Assembly: GCF_009914755.1 (NCBI RefSeq)
Contig: NC_060935.1
DNA length: 64,000 bases
Direction: 5' to 3' (one strand)
From: the human T2T-CHM13v2.0 reference genome, Homo sapiens
The translations under genes and the position numbers were made by a program. The notes beneath the pieces were generated by a model that did no database searches, was not told the DNA's origin, and was given only the letters and a program-made list of their open reading frames with translations. Below, piece by piece: positions 14,616 through 27,640 of the stretch (position 1 is its first letter; each line of letters starts with the position of its first letter).

Positions 14616-15574
14616 ACTCTTGAGAGAGTCAGTCTGGATCCTAATCCTGGCTCTACCATATACTAGCTGGGTGGCCCTGGGTGACTCATTTAATCTGTCT
14701 GTGCTTTAATTTGCTAATCTGTAACATGAGTTTATTTCCATGATTAAATAACAATATGTAAGCATATAGTAAAGTCTCACTACATGTTAATGATTATTAT
14801 TTCCCAATTCCCAGGGTAATATTTATGCAAGGCAGGAAGTACTTAAAGAGCCTCCAACCCTGATTCAGGCCCTGGGTCCCTTGAGGCTACTCTCTGGGCT
14901 TCTAAATTATCTCTGTGCTCAATATGGCCATGCCCATATACCTCCCAGTCTCCAAACAGGGATGTTGCTTTAGCCCTCACTGCCTTTTCAGCTTGTCAGT
15001 TCCCCACCCTAAGTCCAGAGGCTGGAGCTGGAACAGTCACCCCCAGCTTATGTCAGGAGCCCTACTGCCTGCTTCTGGAAACTTCTGTCTGTGTGCCTGA
15101 CTCATTCTGTCACCATTTTCCCACCACTTGCCCACCCTCCCAATGGGCCTCTGCACTCCCAATGCTGACTATGACCTGAACTGACCACCTCACTTTAAAA
15201 TGCTTGCTGTCCTCTAAGACCTTGTCCTACCCTAATGGACAGGTCCTGTGCATGTCCTGGTTTGCTACCAATTTCTATCTTTCCTAGAGAAATAAAATAT
15301 TAATATTTAAAATAACCATTATTGAATGTTTTCTTGTGTGCCAGGAACTGTGCTAAGGGCTGTAATATGGATTTCCTTCCGTAACCCCATCACAACCATA
15401 GAAGATAGGTACTATTATTATTTCCATTTCACAGGTAAGAAAACTGGATCTTAGAGAATTTACATAGTTTGTTCAAGATTGCACAGCAAGTATATGGTGA
15501 AAACAAGAATGTGATGAAATCCTTAAGCCAGTAGGAGGTCCTTTTCTTCTTTCAAGACAATTGAAAAGAAGGAG

Positions 15575-15890
15575 GGACTGATGCATACAACAACATGGAT
15601 AAATCTCAAATGCATGATGCTAAGAAGTCAGACTCAAAAGGCTACATACTGTGGGAGACCACTTATATCTTGGAAAACTTAAAACTATAGGGACAGAAAA
15701 CAAACCAGAGGTTGCCAAGGGCTGGGAGTGGTGGTGGGGTTGTTACATGGGAATGTGGGTAGGTAATACAACTATTCATTATCTTGATTATAGTAGTTAC
15801 TATGTAGTTGCCTGCATTTGTCAAAACTTGCTAGACTTTACATTAAAAGGGGTGAATATTACTGAATTCAAAGCATACTTTTATTTTTAA
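15575..15890 (+). mobile_element. L1M 3' end fragment
   Basis: gatgcatacaacaacatggataaatctcaaa...aagtcagactcaaaaggctacatactgt. Confidence 0.7.
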
Positions 15891-16736
15891 ATGGAAAATA
15901 AAGAAGATAGAGAGTAATTTTCCTCTGAATGCCCCCCAGCAATTGTTCAAATGTGGGAATAGAGGGGAACAAACATCAGTTTAAAGATTTGGTGGAGAAA
16001 ATAAGCTCGGGTTCAGATTGCAAGGAAGATAATTCAAGGAGAGGAAATGGAAGCAGTGGGTTCAGACTGACCTTCCTGAAAAGCCTGGAGGTGCAGGAAA
16101 GGCAAAAGATGGGCTTTTGTGAGAACAAAGCATTGATGGAAGATTTTTTTTTCACCCAGAATGAGAAAACTTGAACCTCTTTACTTAAAGGGAGAAGCTC
16201 TTCAGTGAAGAAGAGATTAAAGGTGCACCTTACCCACATATTTCCCATTTCCAGCACTCTTTATTCCTTCATGTAGATCTGTATTTCCATCTGTTTTCAT
16301 TTTCCTTCAGCCTAAAGAACTTCCTTTAATATTTCATATACTGCAGATGTGCTAATAATAAATTCACACAGCTTTCATTTATTTAAAAAAACGTTTTATT
16401 TTTACCCTCATTTTTGAAGGATATCTTTGCAAGACACAGAATTCTAGGCTGACAGTTTTTTTTTTTAAGCTTTAAAGTTGTCATTTCATTGTCTTCTAGT
16501 TTGCCTTGTTTTTGAAGCAAGTCATCATTCTTATCTTTGTTTCCCTCATTGTGTCTTTTATCGCTTTTTGTTGCTTTGAAGATTTTCTCTTTTTCTCTAG
16601 TTATTAGATTATGATGTGCTTAGGCATCATTCTCTTTGTTTTTATTCTGTTTGGGGTTTGTTGATCTGGGATCTATAGGTTGGTATTTTTCTTCAAATTT
16701 GGGAGAATTTCAGGCATTGTCTCTTAAAATATTTTT

Positions 16737-17037
16737 ATTTATTTATTTATTTATTTTGAGATGGAGTCTTGCTCTGTCGCCCAGGCTGGAGTGCAGTGCA
16801 CGATCTCGGCCCACTGCAAGCTCTACCTCCCAGGTTCATACCATTCTCCTGCCTCAGCCGCCTGAGTAACTGGGACTACAGGCGCCCGCCACCAGGCCTG
16901 GCTACTTTTTTGTATTTTTAGTAGAGACAGGGTTTCACCGTGTTAGCCAGGATGGTCTTGATCTCCTGACCTCGTGATCTGCCCGCCTCAGCCTCCCAAA
17001 GTGCTGGGATTACAGGCGTGAGCCACTGTGCCCGGCC
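16737..17037 (-). mobile_element. AluY
   Basis: AluY body with (TTTA)n tail. TSD tgtctctt(a/c)aaatattttt on both sides. Confidence 0.93.
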
Positions 17038-17497
17038 TGTCTCTTCAAATATTTTTCTAACTCAATCTATCTATTCTCTCCTTCTGGAACTCCAATTACC
17101 ACTATGTTAAACCACTTGTTTTTATTCCACAGTCATTTATACCCTAGTTCATTTTTTTCAGCCCATTTTTCTCTGTGCTTCATTTTGAATTGTTTTCATC
17201 ACCCTATCTTTTAGTTCACTGATCTTTTCCTTTGCTGTGTTCAAATACAGATATTATATTTTTCACTTCTGAAATTTCCATCAGAGCTTTTTAAAATAGT
17301 TTTTATTTATCTACCAAAATTCCCTATCTGTTCACTCATTATGTCCATCTTTAAATCCTTGAACATATTGATAATAGCTGTTTTAAAGTTCTTGTACGTT
17401 AGTTCCACATGTCAGTCATCTCAGGAACTCCTGTTATTGACTGTGGGGCTTTTTCCTGATTTGGGGTTACATTTCCTGCCTTTATACTGCTCTTGTA

Positions 17498-17798
17498 ATT
17501 TTTTTTTTTTTTTTTTTTGAGACAGGATCTCCTTCTGTCACCCAGGCTGGAATAGAGTGGCAATCATAGCTCACTTCAACCTTGAACTCCTGGACCAAGT
17601 GATCCTCCCACCTCAGCCTCTGGAGTATCTGTGACTACAGGCAGGCACCACCATGCCCAGCTAGTTTTTAAAAAAATTTTGTAGAGATGAGGCCTCACTA
17701 TGTTGCCCAGGTTGATCTCAAACTCCTGTGCTCAAGTGATCCTCTCACCTAGGCCTCCCAAAGTGCTGGGATTACAGGCATGAGCACCATGCCCAGCC
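17498..17798 (-). mobile_element. AluJ
   Basis: AluJ diagnostics atcatagctcact...aactcctgg and ctcaagtgatcctc. Confidence 0.9.
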
Positions 17799-18741
17799 AT
17801 GTCTAGAAATTTTTTATTGCATGATGGACATTGTAAATACTACATTGTTGAGTGTCTGGATTTTTTATCTTCCTTTAAAGAGTATGACAAATGGTTAATT
17901 TACTGATGGATCTGCTTCATTCCTTTCCCAGGCCTGTTTTCTAAGCTGTGTTGGGGTAAGTCTAGAGTAGCCTTTACTCTAGGGCTAATGTAGTTTTGCT
18001 ACTAAATTGTAGCCTTTCTAGGGTTTCAGTTGAACATATAGTGTTCAGCAAGTTCTCTCTAACATGGATGGGTAGATATTTTATATCTCTAGCATTGTGT
18101 GACCTCTAGAATCTCTATTCAGCTCTTAGCTCCCCAGGGGCTGTTCTCTGCCAGGCCTTGTAAAGTGTCACCCTGCACAAGTGAAGCTTAGTGTTTGGTC
18201 AAAGATTTAAGGGGACTTCTATGCATATTCTGAAGTTCCATCTCCATGCAGCTTCCTCCTCTCTGGCATTCTAGCCCATAAATCCTATCTACTTTAATTG
18301 CCCCAAATTCTTACCTCTACCTCCTCAGCTCAGACAGTTTACCATGGTCAGTTCTACTCCACCTTCCTGCACCACAAACAAGAAAGTGTCTGTGGCAGAA
18401 AGCCTGGGCAAACACGGGCTCATCTCTTGTGTTTCCCTTCTGTCAGTGATCATAGTCCTTTGCGGTCTGTTTTCCAACATCCGAAAACTGGTGCTTAATA
18501 TATTTTGCCCACTTATAGTTATTTATGTCCAGAGGGCTAATGCAGTGCCACTTACTTAATCAGAGTCAGAAGCAGAAGTCAAGTGAGCATATGCAGATCT
18601 GGGAGTTGTCTATAGACAGGACTATCTTATTCTCTTCTCTGCTTCACATTGCCTTAAAGATAAAATGTTTCTATTAAGACAGTCATATCCTATCATGATC
18701 TGCCTGGCTGACTGATCTCATCACTGATCATCCAGTCTTTA

Positions 18742-18778
18742 TACACACACACTCACACACACACACACACGCACACAC
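18742..18778 (+). repeat. Imperfect (CA)n microsatellite
   Basis: tacacacacactcacacacacacacacacgcacacac. Confidence 0.9.
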
Positions 18779-19154
18779 TACCATGACCTACTCGTAGTCT
18801 TACACATATCTCTAGCTTTTTCTTATGCCTCTGCTTTTGCATCTATTATTTTGTCTACAAAAATAACCTTCCCCCAACTCCCTACCTGCCTTCCTAACTG
18901 CTACTTATCCTTCAGAATTTAGCTCACCTGCCATCTCCTCCAGGACACCTCCTCTGGAACCATCTGGGTTAAGTGCCCCCTTATTTGTGCTGTGACATTC
19001 TGTGTTTGCCTTTATCAAAGTTGTATCACCCACGCTTTATTGTAATTGCCTGTTATGACCTATCTTCCATGCCCTTCACACCCCACCCTCCAGACAGAAC
19101 ATCTCTAAGACCGGGATCAAGTCTGAGTCATCTCAGTGTCTCTATGACCTGGCA

Positions 19155-19345
19155 CAGGTTTTGAAACTTTTTGTATGAAGGGCCAAACAGTAAATATTTT
19201 AGAGATTGTAGGCCAGACATCTTCAGCTGTAACTACTCAACTCTGCCGTTGTAGCATGAAAGTGGCCATAAACAATAGATAATACATAAAATATAAGACT
19301 TTATTGAAATAGAAACAGGCAACTGTAGCTTACTGATCCTTGGAC
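19155..19345. mobile_element. MER58A-like hAT-Charlie element
   Basis: aagggccaaacagtaaatattttag...aactactcaactctgccgttgtagcatgaaag. Confidence 0.8.
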
Positions 19346-20283
19346 TAGCACATAGTATAATCCCAGTAAATATTCATTGAATGAATTAATAAAATATTAT
19401 TATTGGAGGCCTCAGAAGAAATAGAAAATAATGTAATCAATTTTATAAGTGCAAGAGTTTTCCTGGGAACGGAAAAGTGGCACTTTCCTTGAGGCCCTAG
19501 GGAAGGAAAAAAAGACAGTGGAGTGAAGAAGGCAGGATAATAGAAAACTGGGGGATTTCTGGCCTAAATGACAGACTTCCCCATGCATGGCTTTTGCCAG
19601 GAGGCCATTCTGGGATGGGAACCTGAAAACCAGAATGGTCTGGTCAGAGTGAGTTCCCAAGGCAGCCAAGAACAGAGAATGCCAAAGGACAAGTACAAGC
19701 TGTGTCCTGGGCAGCACCCAGGCGCAAACCCGCAGAAGGCATGTTTTGCAGCCAAATTCAAAGTGTCAGAAACCAGGCAGGTTCTAGAACTGCATCTAGC
19801 ATGAAAATAACAAGGGCAAGAGGGATGTGAGATCCAAAACAACTTTTATGAATACAACTGGCAGGTCCACAATACTTTTCTGTTGGTCACTGGCCACATT
19901 GTGCATGGATGAGTCTGTAGATGGGTTAACCTTGGCTTTTTCAGAAGAGTTAAGTGACCAGTTCATCTACTAAGAAATAAAAGGAGGAGGGGAGCCTAGA
20001 ACTTAGAGGCTGGAGGAGATCTGTCATATATAACTACTATAGCAGATTCCATAAGGGCCCAATCAGGGCTCAAAACAAAGATTTGCTGAAAAGTACTATG
20101 GGTGAGGCTGAGGTTAGACAACAGAAGGTTGCAGCAATCTAATCACTAAGGTTGTAGGACATTCTGTAGAGAAGCATTATGAATGAGTATCAAGGAAATG
20201 AATAGGTGGCTTGCTGCAGAATTGGGATTGGCAGGGGAATGCAGCCACTGGCCAGGAGATCCAGATAGTCACTGAATACCTGT

Positions 20284-20824
20284 TGTATTAGTCAGGGTTC
20301 TCCTAAGAAATAAAATCAATAGGGTATGTGGCGGGGCAGGGCGGTGGTGAAGAGATTTATAAGGATGTGGCTAACCTGAGTACAGAGGCTGAGAAGTCCC
20401 AAGACAATGCAGTTAGCAAGCTGGAGTCCTAGGGGAACCAATGGTATAGTTCCAGTCTCAGTGTGAAGGCCTGGGAACCAGGATTGTTGATGGTTCAGTT
20501 CCAGTCCTAAGGCCAGTAGGCTGAAGACCCAGGAAAAGCCAGTGTTTTAGTTTAAGTCCAAAGGCAGGGGGAAAAAAGCAAGGTTCCAGCTTAAAGGCAG
20601 TTAGGCAGAAGGCATTTCCTCTTCCTCCAGGGAGAGTCTGCCTTTTATGTTCTATTCAGGTCTTCAGCTGACTAGATAGGGCCCACCCACAATAGGGAGA
20701 GCAGTCTGTTTTACTCTACCAATTCAAATATTCATCCAGAACACCCTCATAGACATAACTACTTTGATCAAATGTCTGCCCTCCCCATAGCCCAGTCAGG
20801 TTGACATATAAAATTAACCATCAC
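20284..20824 (-). mobile_element. MLT2 (ERVL) solo LTR
   Basis: Both termini present: tgtattagtcagggttctcc ... ccagtcaggttgacatataaaattaaccatcac. Confidence 0.88.
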
Positions 20825-23800
20825 TCTGCCATGTGCAGAACACCTCAGAGAATCTATCTACCATGCACCCTGTCTCCTTCAACACTAGATAAAATATCAG
20901 ACAGAATTATTTGATTAGCACTGGTGTTTTAAGCATCATTGTGAATGCTGGCAATTTAGTACCAATGATGACAGCAGAAAGGATGTTAGGAAAGAGGTTA
21001 CTACACATATACTCAAAATTATCTCCCTGGAGTAGCTTTTTAGACAAATGCACCTGGTTGGCCATCAGTATCTCAAACTTACATGTCTAATTATTTCTTC
21101 CTCCCAGCTTCCCCCCACCTCTGGGCCTCATCTAAGCTATTGGGAATAAATAAATAAACCCAGAGAGGCTACTTGAACTCTGCTGGAACCAGTGAGGGAC
21201 ATGCAAAATCAAAAAGCCATGTCCTTACCTGAAAGCCAAAAAGGATAGTGATAGTCTGCCGCTTCCCCCTAGGTCTGAGTTCCCAGTGTTTCACCAAAGA
21301 CTCCAGAGGCTCTGAGTTTTCCTTTAAGGCCACAAGCTTTAACCTCGTCTCCTTTTTCCCAGCCCTCCTGATACCTGAGTCTTTTCTCTCTCCTCCTCTA
21401 TTTACTAGAGGATGTGGGGCCCAGGTGTAAACTTTCTCGTGTCCCAGCTAACTGAGATCTGCTTAACCACCTCATTCTGCAGGCCCCAGATCAGAGTCCC
21501 ATTTAGATGATTCCTTGACTCCTTTTTTCAGATTCAGATCCTTGCATGTGACATTCCTGTCATCTCCACACCCCTCCCCAATCACCCAATCAGATTCTCT
21601 TTGGTTACCATGCCTTACAGAAATGTGTCTGCATTTTCCCTGCTCTATTTAGATTTAATTTTACTAGCTAATATTTATTGACCCTATTTTATGCGCCAGC
21701 CACTAGTCACTATTTCATGGACTTCAGCCTTGGAACAACACTAGGAGGCTGATCATATTACTATCCCTATTTTACAGATGAAGAAACTGAGATTGAGAGT
21801 GACTAACTGATGTGTTTAATGTAGAAAGTTTCAGAACCAAGACTAGAATATACATAGATCTGACCTCCGAAAAAAAAAAAAAAAACCCAGTTTTAACTAC
21901 TTTACCAAAATGCCTCCCAAGGACTGTTCAGTCTTCTGTCTTATTGTCTCACACTCCTGGCCCCTTGTCCCCATTCCCCCTACCACTGCCCTAAGTCAGA
22001 CACTGCATGATTCATGAAGGGAATGTCAAAGGGCCTTCTATTTGGTCTCCTCACCTTCAGACCCTCTCCCTTCCTATCCCTGGGTATGTCCTACCAAAGG
22101 TATGGTACCATGCAGCAGAGAAGAGCTGGTCTTTGGCTCTTTGACTCAACTTTGAATCCCAGTGTCATAACTCGCCTGCCTCTGCATTTTTGGGTTAACT
22201 GAATGAGAATAGCATCTGTATTAACAGTTTTCTTTTTGAGCGTTTAATGAGATAACATAGGTCGAGACCTTGGCATTGTGCCTGACACATAGTAAAGTCT
22301 CGTGTATTAGTCCATTTTCACATGATATAAAGAACTACCTGAGACTCTAATGTAAAAAGAGGTGTAATTGACTCACAGTTCCGCATGGCTGGGGAGGCCT
22401 CAGGAAACTTACAGTCATGGCAGAAGGTGAAAGACAAGCAAGCACCTTCTTCACAAGGTGGCAGGAGAGAGCAAGAGTAAAGGGGAAACTGCCACACACT
22501 TTTAAGCTATCATATATAATAAGAACTCACTATCATGAGAACAGCATAAGGGATATCACCCCCATGATCCAATCACCTCTCACCAGGTCCCTCCCTCGAC
22601 ATGTGGGAATTACAACTTGAGATGAGATTTGGGTGGAGACACAGAGCCAAACCATATCATTCTGTCTCTGGACCCTCCCAAATCTCATGTCTTTCTCACA
22701 TTTCAAAACACAATCATGCCTTCCCAACCGTCCCCCAAAGTCTCAACTCATTCCAGCACTAACTCAAAAGTCCAAGTCCAAAGTCTCATCTGAGACAAGG
22801 GAAGTCCCTTCTGCCTATAAGCCTGTAAAATCAAGAGCAAATTAGTTACTTCCAAGGTAAAATGAGGATACAGGAATTGGGTAGATGCTCCCATTCCAAA
22901 TGGGAGAAATTGGCCAAAACAAAGGGGCTATAGGCCCCATGCAAATCCAAAACCCAAGGCAGTCATTAAATCTTAAAGCTCCAAAATAATCTCCTTTGAC
23001 TCTGTGTCTCATATCCAGGCCACGTCGATGTAAGAGGTGGGCTCCCGAGGCCTTGGGCAGCTCCACCCCTGAGGCTCTGCAGGGTACAGCCCCCGCGGAT
23101 GCTTTCACAAACTGGTGTTGACTGCCCATAGCTTTTCCAGGTACACAGTGCAAGCTGTCAGTGAATCTACCATTCAGGGGTCTGAAGGATGATGACCCTC
23201 TTCTCATACCTCCACTAGACAGTGTCCCAGTGGGGACTCTGTGTGGTGAGTCTTCAGCCCCACATTTCCCCTCTGCATGGCCCTACTAGAGGTTCTCCAT
23301 GAGGGCTCTGCCCCTGCAGCAGGCTTCTGCCTGGACATCCAGGCATTTCCATACATCCTCTGAAATCTAGGCAGAGGTCCCCAAACCTCAATTCTTGCCA
23401 TCTGTGTACCCACAGACCCCCAACACCACGTAGAAGCAGCCAAGGCTTGGGGCTTGCACCCTCTAAAGCAATGGCTCGAGCTGTACCTTGGCACCTTTTA
23501 GCCATGGCTGGAGCTTGAGCAGCTGGGACAGAAGGCACCATGTCCCAAGGCTGCACAGACCAGCAGGGCCTTGGGCCTGGCCCAGAAAACCATTTTCCCT
23601 CCTTGGTCTCCCAGCCTGTGATAGCAGGGGCTGCTGTGAAGATCTCTGAAATGCCCTTGGAGACATTTTCCCCATTGTCTTGACTATTAACATTTGGCTT
23701 TTTACTTATGCAAATTTCTCTTGAATTTCTCCCCAGAAAATGTTTTTTTTTTCTTACCACATAGGCTGCAAATTTTCCAAACTTTTATGCCCTGCTTCCC

Positions 23801-24647
23801 TTTTAAACATAAGTTCCAATTTCAGACCATCTCTTTGTGAATGCATATGACTATATGCTTTTAGAATCAACCAGGTCAAATCTTAAATGCTTTGCTACTT
23901 AGAAATTTCTGCTGCTAGATACCATAAATCCTCTCTTTCAAGTTGAAAGTTCCACAGATCTCTAGAGCAGAAGAAAAATGCTGCCACTCCCTTTGCTAAA
24001 GTGTAGCAAATGTAACGTTTACTCCCGTTCCCAAGAAGTTTCTTACTTTTATCTGAGACCACTTCAACCTGGACTTCATTGTCCATATCACTATCAGGAT
24101 TTTGGTCAAATTCACTCAACAAATCTCCAGGAAGTTCCAATCTATCCCACATCTTCCTGTCTTCTTGTGAGCCCTCCAAACTGCTCCAACCTCTGCCTGT
24201 TACCTGCTTCCAAAGTTGCTTCCACATTTTCAGGTATCTTTATAGCAGTGCCCCACTTTGGGTACCAATTTTCTATATTAGTCCATTTTCACACTGCTAT
24301 AAAGAACTACCTGCGACTCGGTAATTTATAAATAAAAGAAGTTTAATTGACTAACAGTTCGACATGGCTGGGGAGGCCTCAGGAAACTTACAATCATGGC
24401 AGAAGGTGAAGGAGAAGCAGGCGCCTTCTTCACAAGGCAGCAGGAGACAGCAAGAATGAAGGGGGTACTGCCACACACTTTCAAACCATCAGATCTCATG
24501 AGAACTCACTCACTATCATGAGAACAGCATAAGGGAAACTGCTTTCATGACCTCCCACCAAATCTCTCCTGTGACATGTGGGAATTACAACTCGGGATGA
24601 AATTCAGGTCAATAGTCAATAGTCAAATAGTCAATCATCAAATAGTC

Positions 24648-25171
24648 AATCCTCACTATAACCTTATCCTCATGTTACATATGAAGAAACTGAGGCCCAG
24701 AGAGCTTAAGGAATCAGCCCAAGCTCACAGAGCAAGGAAGGAGCAAAACTGAGGTTCAAGCCCAGGTCTGCCTGACTCCAGAACACATGTTCATCTCCCT
24801 ACATCCCACTGTGAGGTCATGATACAGAAGAGATGATTGGATGGACTCTGGAAACAAAGAAATTAGATGAAAAAGAATTTCAGGGCTAGGTTGTGGTGGG
24901 TGCTGAGTGCCCTTGGTGGTAAATGGCATTGGAAAAGGGGGAAACATGATCAAAAGTTCCTCCTGCGAAGAATGACATAACAATAGTTAACATGTATTAG
25001 GCTGATATGGTTTGTCTCTGTGTTGTGTTTGTTCTCAAACCCCCTTATACCAGTTATTCTGACATTGTGCTTACATAATTTAGTTAAATCTTTTGAAATT
25101 GATGAGATATGAGTGAGAAAAGGAAGGCATTTTTTATGGCTGCTCTGAAAGGACTCAACAGAGGCAAGTTG
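24648..25171 (-). repeat. Left arm of a 524-bp inverted duplication
   Basis: Reverse complement of 25403..25926, about 13 substitutions and no indels by manual count. Confidence 0.95.
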
Positions 25172-25181
25172 TCAAAACTAT

Positions 25182-25552
25182 TGTCAAATAGTTTAAATTA
25201 AATCAGATAAGTGTACCTTCAATCAGAAATATAAATCATGCCAATAATTTATCACCCCTGATTTCCAGTTTAGGCTTCTTGAAAATGAATCTGTACTTAA
25301 AGATACTTGCAGAACCATCTGAGTATAGAACTCCTGAGTTTTACAACTTTTCCCAATCTTTTACAGATATCTTGCTCTCACCTAATTATATATTATTTTC
25401 AGCAACTTGCCTCTGTTGAGTCCTTTCAGAGCAGTCATAAAAAATGCCTTCCTTTTCTCACTCATATCTCATCAATTTCAAAAGATTTAACTAAATTATG
25501 TAAGCACAGTGTCAGAATAACTGGTATAAGGAGGTTTGAGAACAAACACAAC
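25182..25552 (+). repeat. 371-bp direct copy of 56950..57320
   Basis: tgtcaaatagtttaa...gagaacaaacacaac, about 5 substitutions by manual count. Confidence 0.95.
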
Positions 25553-25926
25553 ACAGAGCCAAACCATATCAGCTTAATACATGTTAACTATTGTTATGTC
25601 ATTCTTCGCAGGAGGAACTTTTGATCATGTTTCCCCCTTTTCCAATGCCATTTACCACCATCGGCACTCAGCACCCACCACAACCTAGCCCTGAAGTTCT
25701 TTTTCATCTAATTTCTTTGTTTCTAGAGTCCATCCAATCGTCTCTTCTGTATCATGACCTCACAGTGGGATGTAGGGAGATGAACGTGTGTTCTGGAGTC
25801 AGGCAGACCTGGGCTTGAACCTCAGTTTTGCTCCTTCCTTGCTCTGTGAGCTTGGGCTGATTCCTTAAGCTCTCTGGGCCTCAGTTTCTTCGTATGTAAC
25901 ATGAGGATAAGGTTATGGTGAGGATT
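25403..25926 (+). repeat. Right arm of a 524-bp inverted duplication
   Basis: The ORF track gives mirror-image 75-aa peptides at 24756..24983 (-) and 25591..25818 (+). Confidence 0.95.
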
Positions 25927-26564
25927 ACACATAGGAGATCATCATCCTAACACCTATTAGATGTTTGAGCCTAGCATCTGTATTGTTCATTGAATCCCTG
26001 CTCCGACTAGCCTGCCAGTCCTGCGCCCGGCAAACTATCCCCTTTTCTATCTATTTCTTTACATCTCTAGGCACCCTCCTTCCAACTGGAAAGTTCCCTT
26101 GCTCCACCACCTTCTTTTGGATTGGTGCTTCATATCTGTAATAATACTGAGAGCTTTGTTTTGTACAACTCTTTACAGCTTTCACAATTCTTTCGAAAAC
26201 TATCTCAATTAATTTGTACAACTCTGGGAGATTCTCCAGCTTGGTAATTATTATTTCTATTTCTTAAAGGGAAACTGAGGCTCTGAGAGATTGAATGACT
26301 GGTTTGTGGTTATAAATGGGGCCTGGAGCCAGAGTCTTCTGGCTCCTGGTCACCATGCCTTTCTTCCCTGCACCATTTTGCACCTGAATGACTGCTGCTC
26401 ACCTGACATCAATACCCTTTGTAATGTTGCAAATTGTTTTTCCATAGGTGCCTGTCTTGTCCCCCGAGGGCAGCGACATAGTCTTATTCCTTCCCCCTGG
26501 CCAAGTGCCTTACAAATATCTGTTATTTGGTTGATGTCATTAAATGTGTTAAAAATTTGAATTA

Positions 26565-26871
<307 letters not shown>

Positions 26872-27409
26872 TTATGTTGTAAGGCCATTGTAGGAAACTA
26901 ACAGCTGTATTGGCTAGGAGGTTGAACTTGTGTAATTAAATTTTATTTAAGAGAGAGAACCATAAAGATAGGTCCCACGCTTGAGGTGCCTGTTTCTCTG
27001 CACTCGTGCCTTTGGACTTTGATTCCTTGGATCTGGGGAATTTGGAGTTAGCTGCTCCATCCTCTGTGCTCTGCATTCTTGTGCTATAAAAAACCCTGAC
27101 CACAGTGGATTGTAATTAATCCGCTTATCCATCTGTTTCCCCTGCCCCCAGACTGTGAGTCCCTTCAGGGCAACACCATATCCAGTCCTCCTCAGTGTCC
27201 AGGGCCCGCCACTGTGCTTGGCACATAATGGAAGTTACAAGAATAAGCCAGAAAACTCCATCTGGGTCCCTCCCCTAATCCCCTAGGATTGTACATGTTC
27301 CCATTATCTTATCATACATATTTCTTATCTCTTATACTGAATTAAAGGCAAGTTTCATGTTTTACTCAGTTTTGTAGCCTCCCTACCAACCATGAAAGGA
27401 AGAAACTAT

Positions 27410-27640
27410 AATTATTGACTGTCTATTGTGTGCCAGTAGTGATTTCAATATATTATCTCACTTTTAAATAATTTAATTTAATTCTCATAATAGGTTGATA
27501 AGGTAGGCATTATCATCCCTGAATTACAAACGAGGGAACTGAGACTCAGGGAAATAAAGTAATTGAATTTAACCAAGTTTACAAAGCCAGTAAGTGGTAA
27601 TGCTAGGATTTCAGTCCCTGTCTGCTGGCTCTAAGACCAA
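27410..27640 (-). mobile_element. MIR SINE
   Basis: aggtaggcattatcatccc...ttacaaacgagggaactgagactcag. Confidence 0.7.

Larger units (their letters stand above)
16230..18580 (-). mobile_element. Old L1M 5'/ORF1-region fragment interrupted by two Alus
   Basis: ttttccttcagcctaaagaacttcctttaatatttc and agaattctaggctgacag motifs. Confidence 0.65.
22303..25571 (-). mobile_element. THE1-family MaLR element: LTR 22303-22659, internal 22660-24273, second LTR 24274-about 24608 plus 25551-25571 split by a rearrangement; inserted in a MIR
   Basis: LTR tgtattagtccattttcac...agagccaaaccatatca and THE1 internal sequence. The MIR tail cacatagtaaag|...|gcttaatacatgttaactatt resumes after 25571. Confidence 0.9.

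Noticed and set aside
22417-24331. Cluster of overlapping 60-170-aa ORFs, similar cluster at 48482..50090
   Set aside because: Decayed THE1/MST internal sequence.
24756-25818. Near-identical paired ORFs (MLCHSSQEELL on both strands; MQNHLSIELL at 25307 and 57075)
   Set aside because: By-products of the DNA duplications. They use non-ATG starts, are partly MIR-derived and resemble no known protein.
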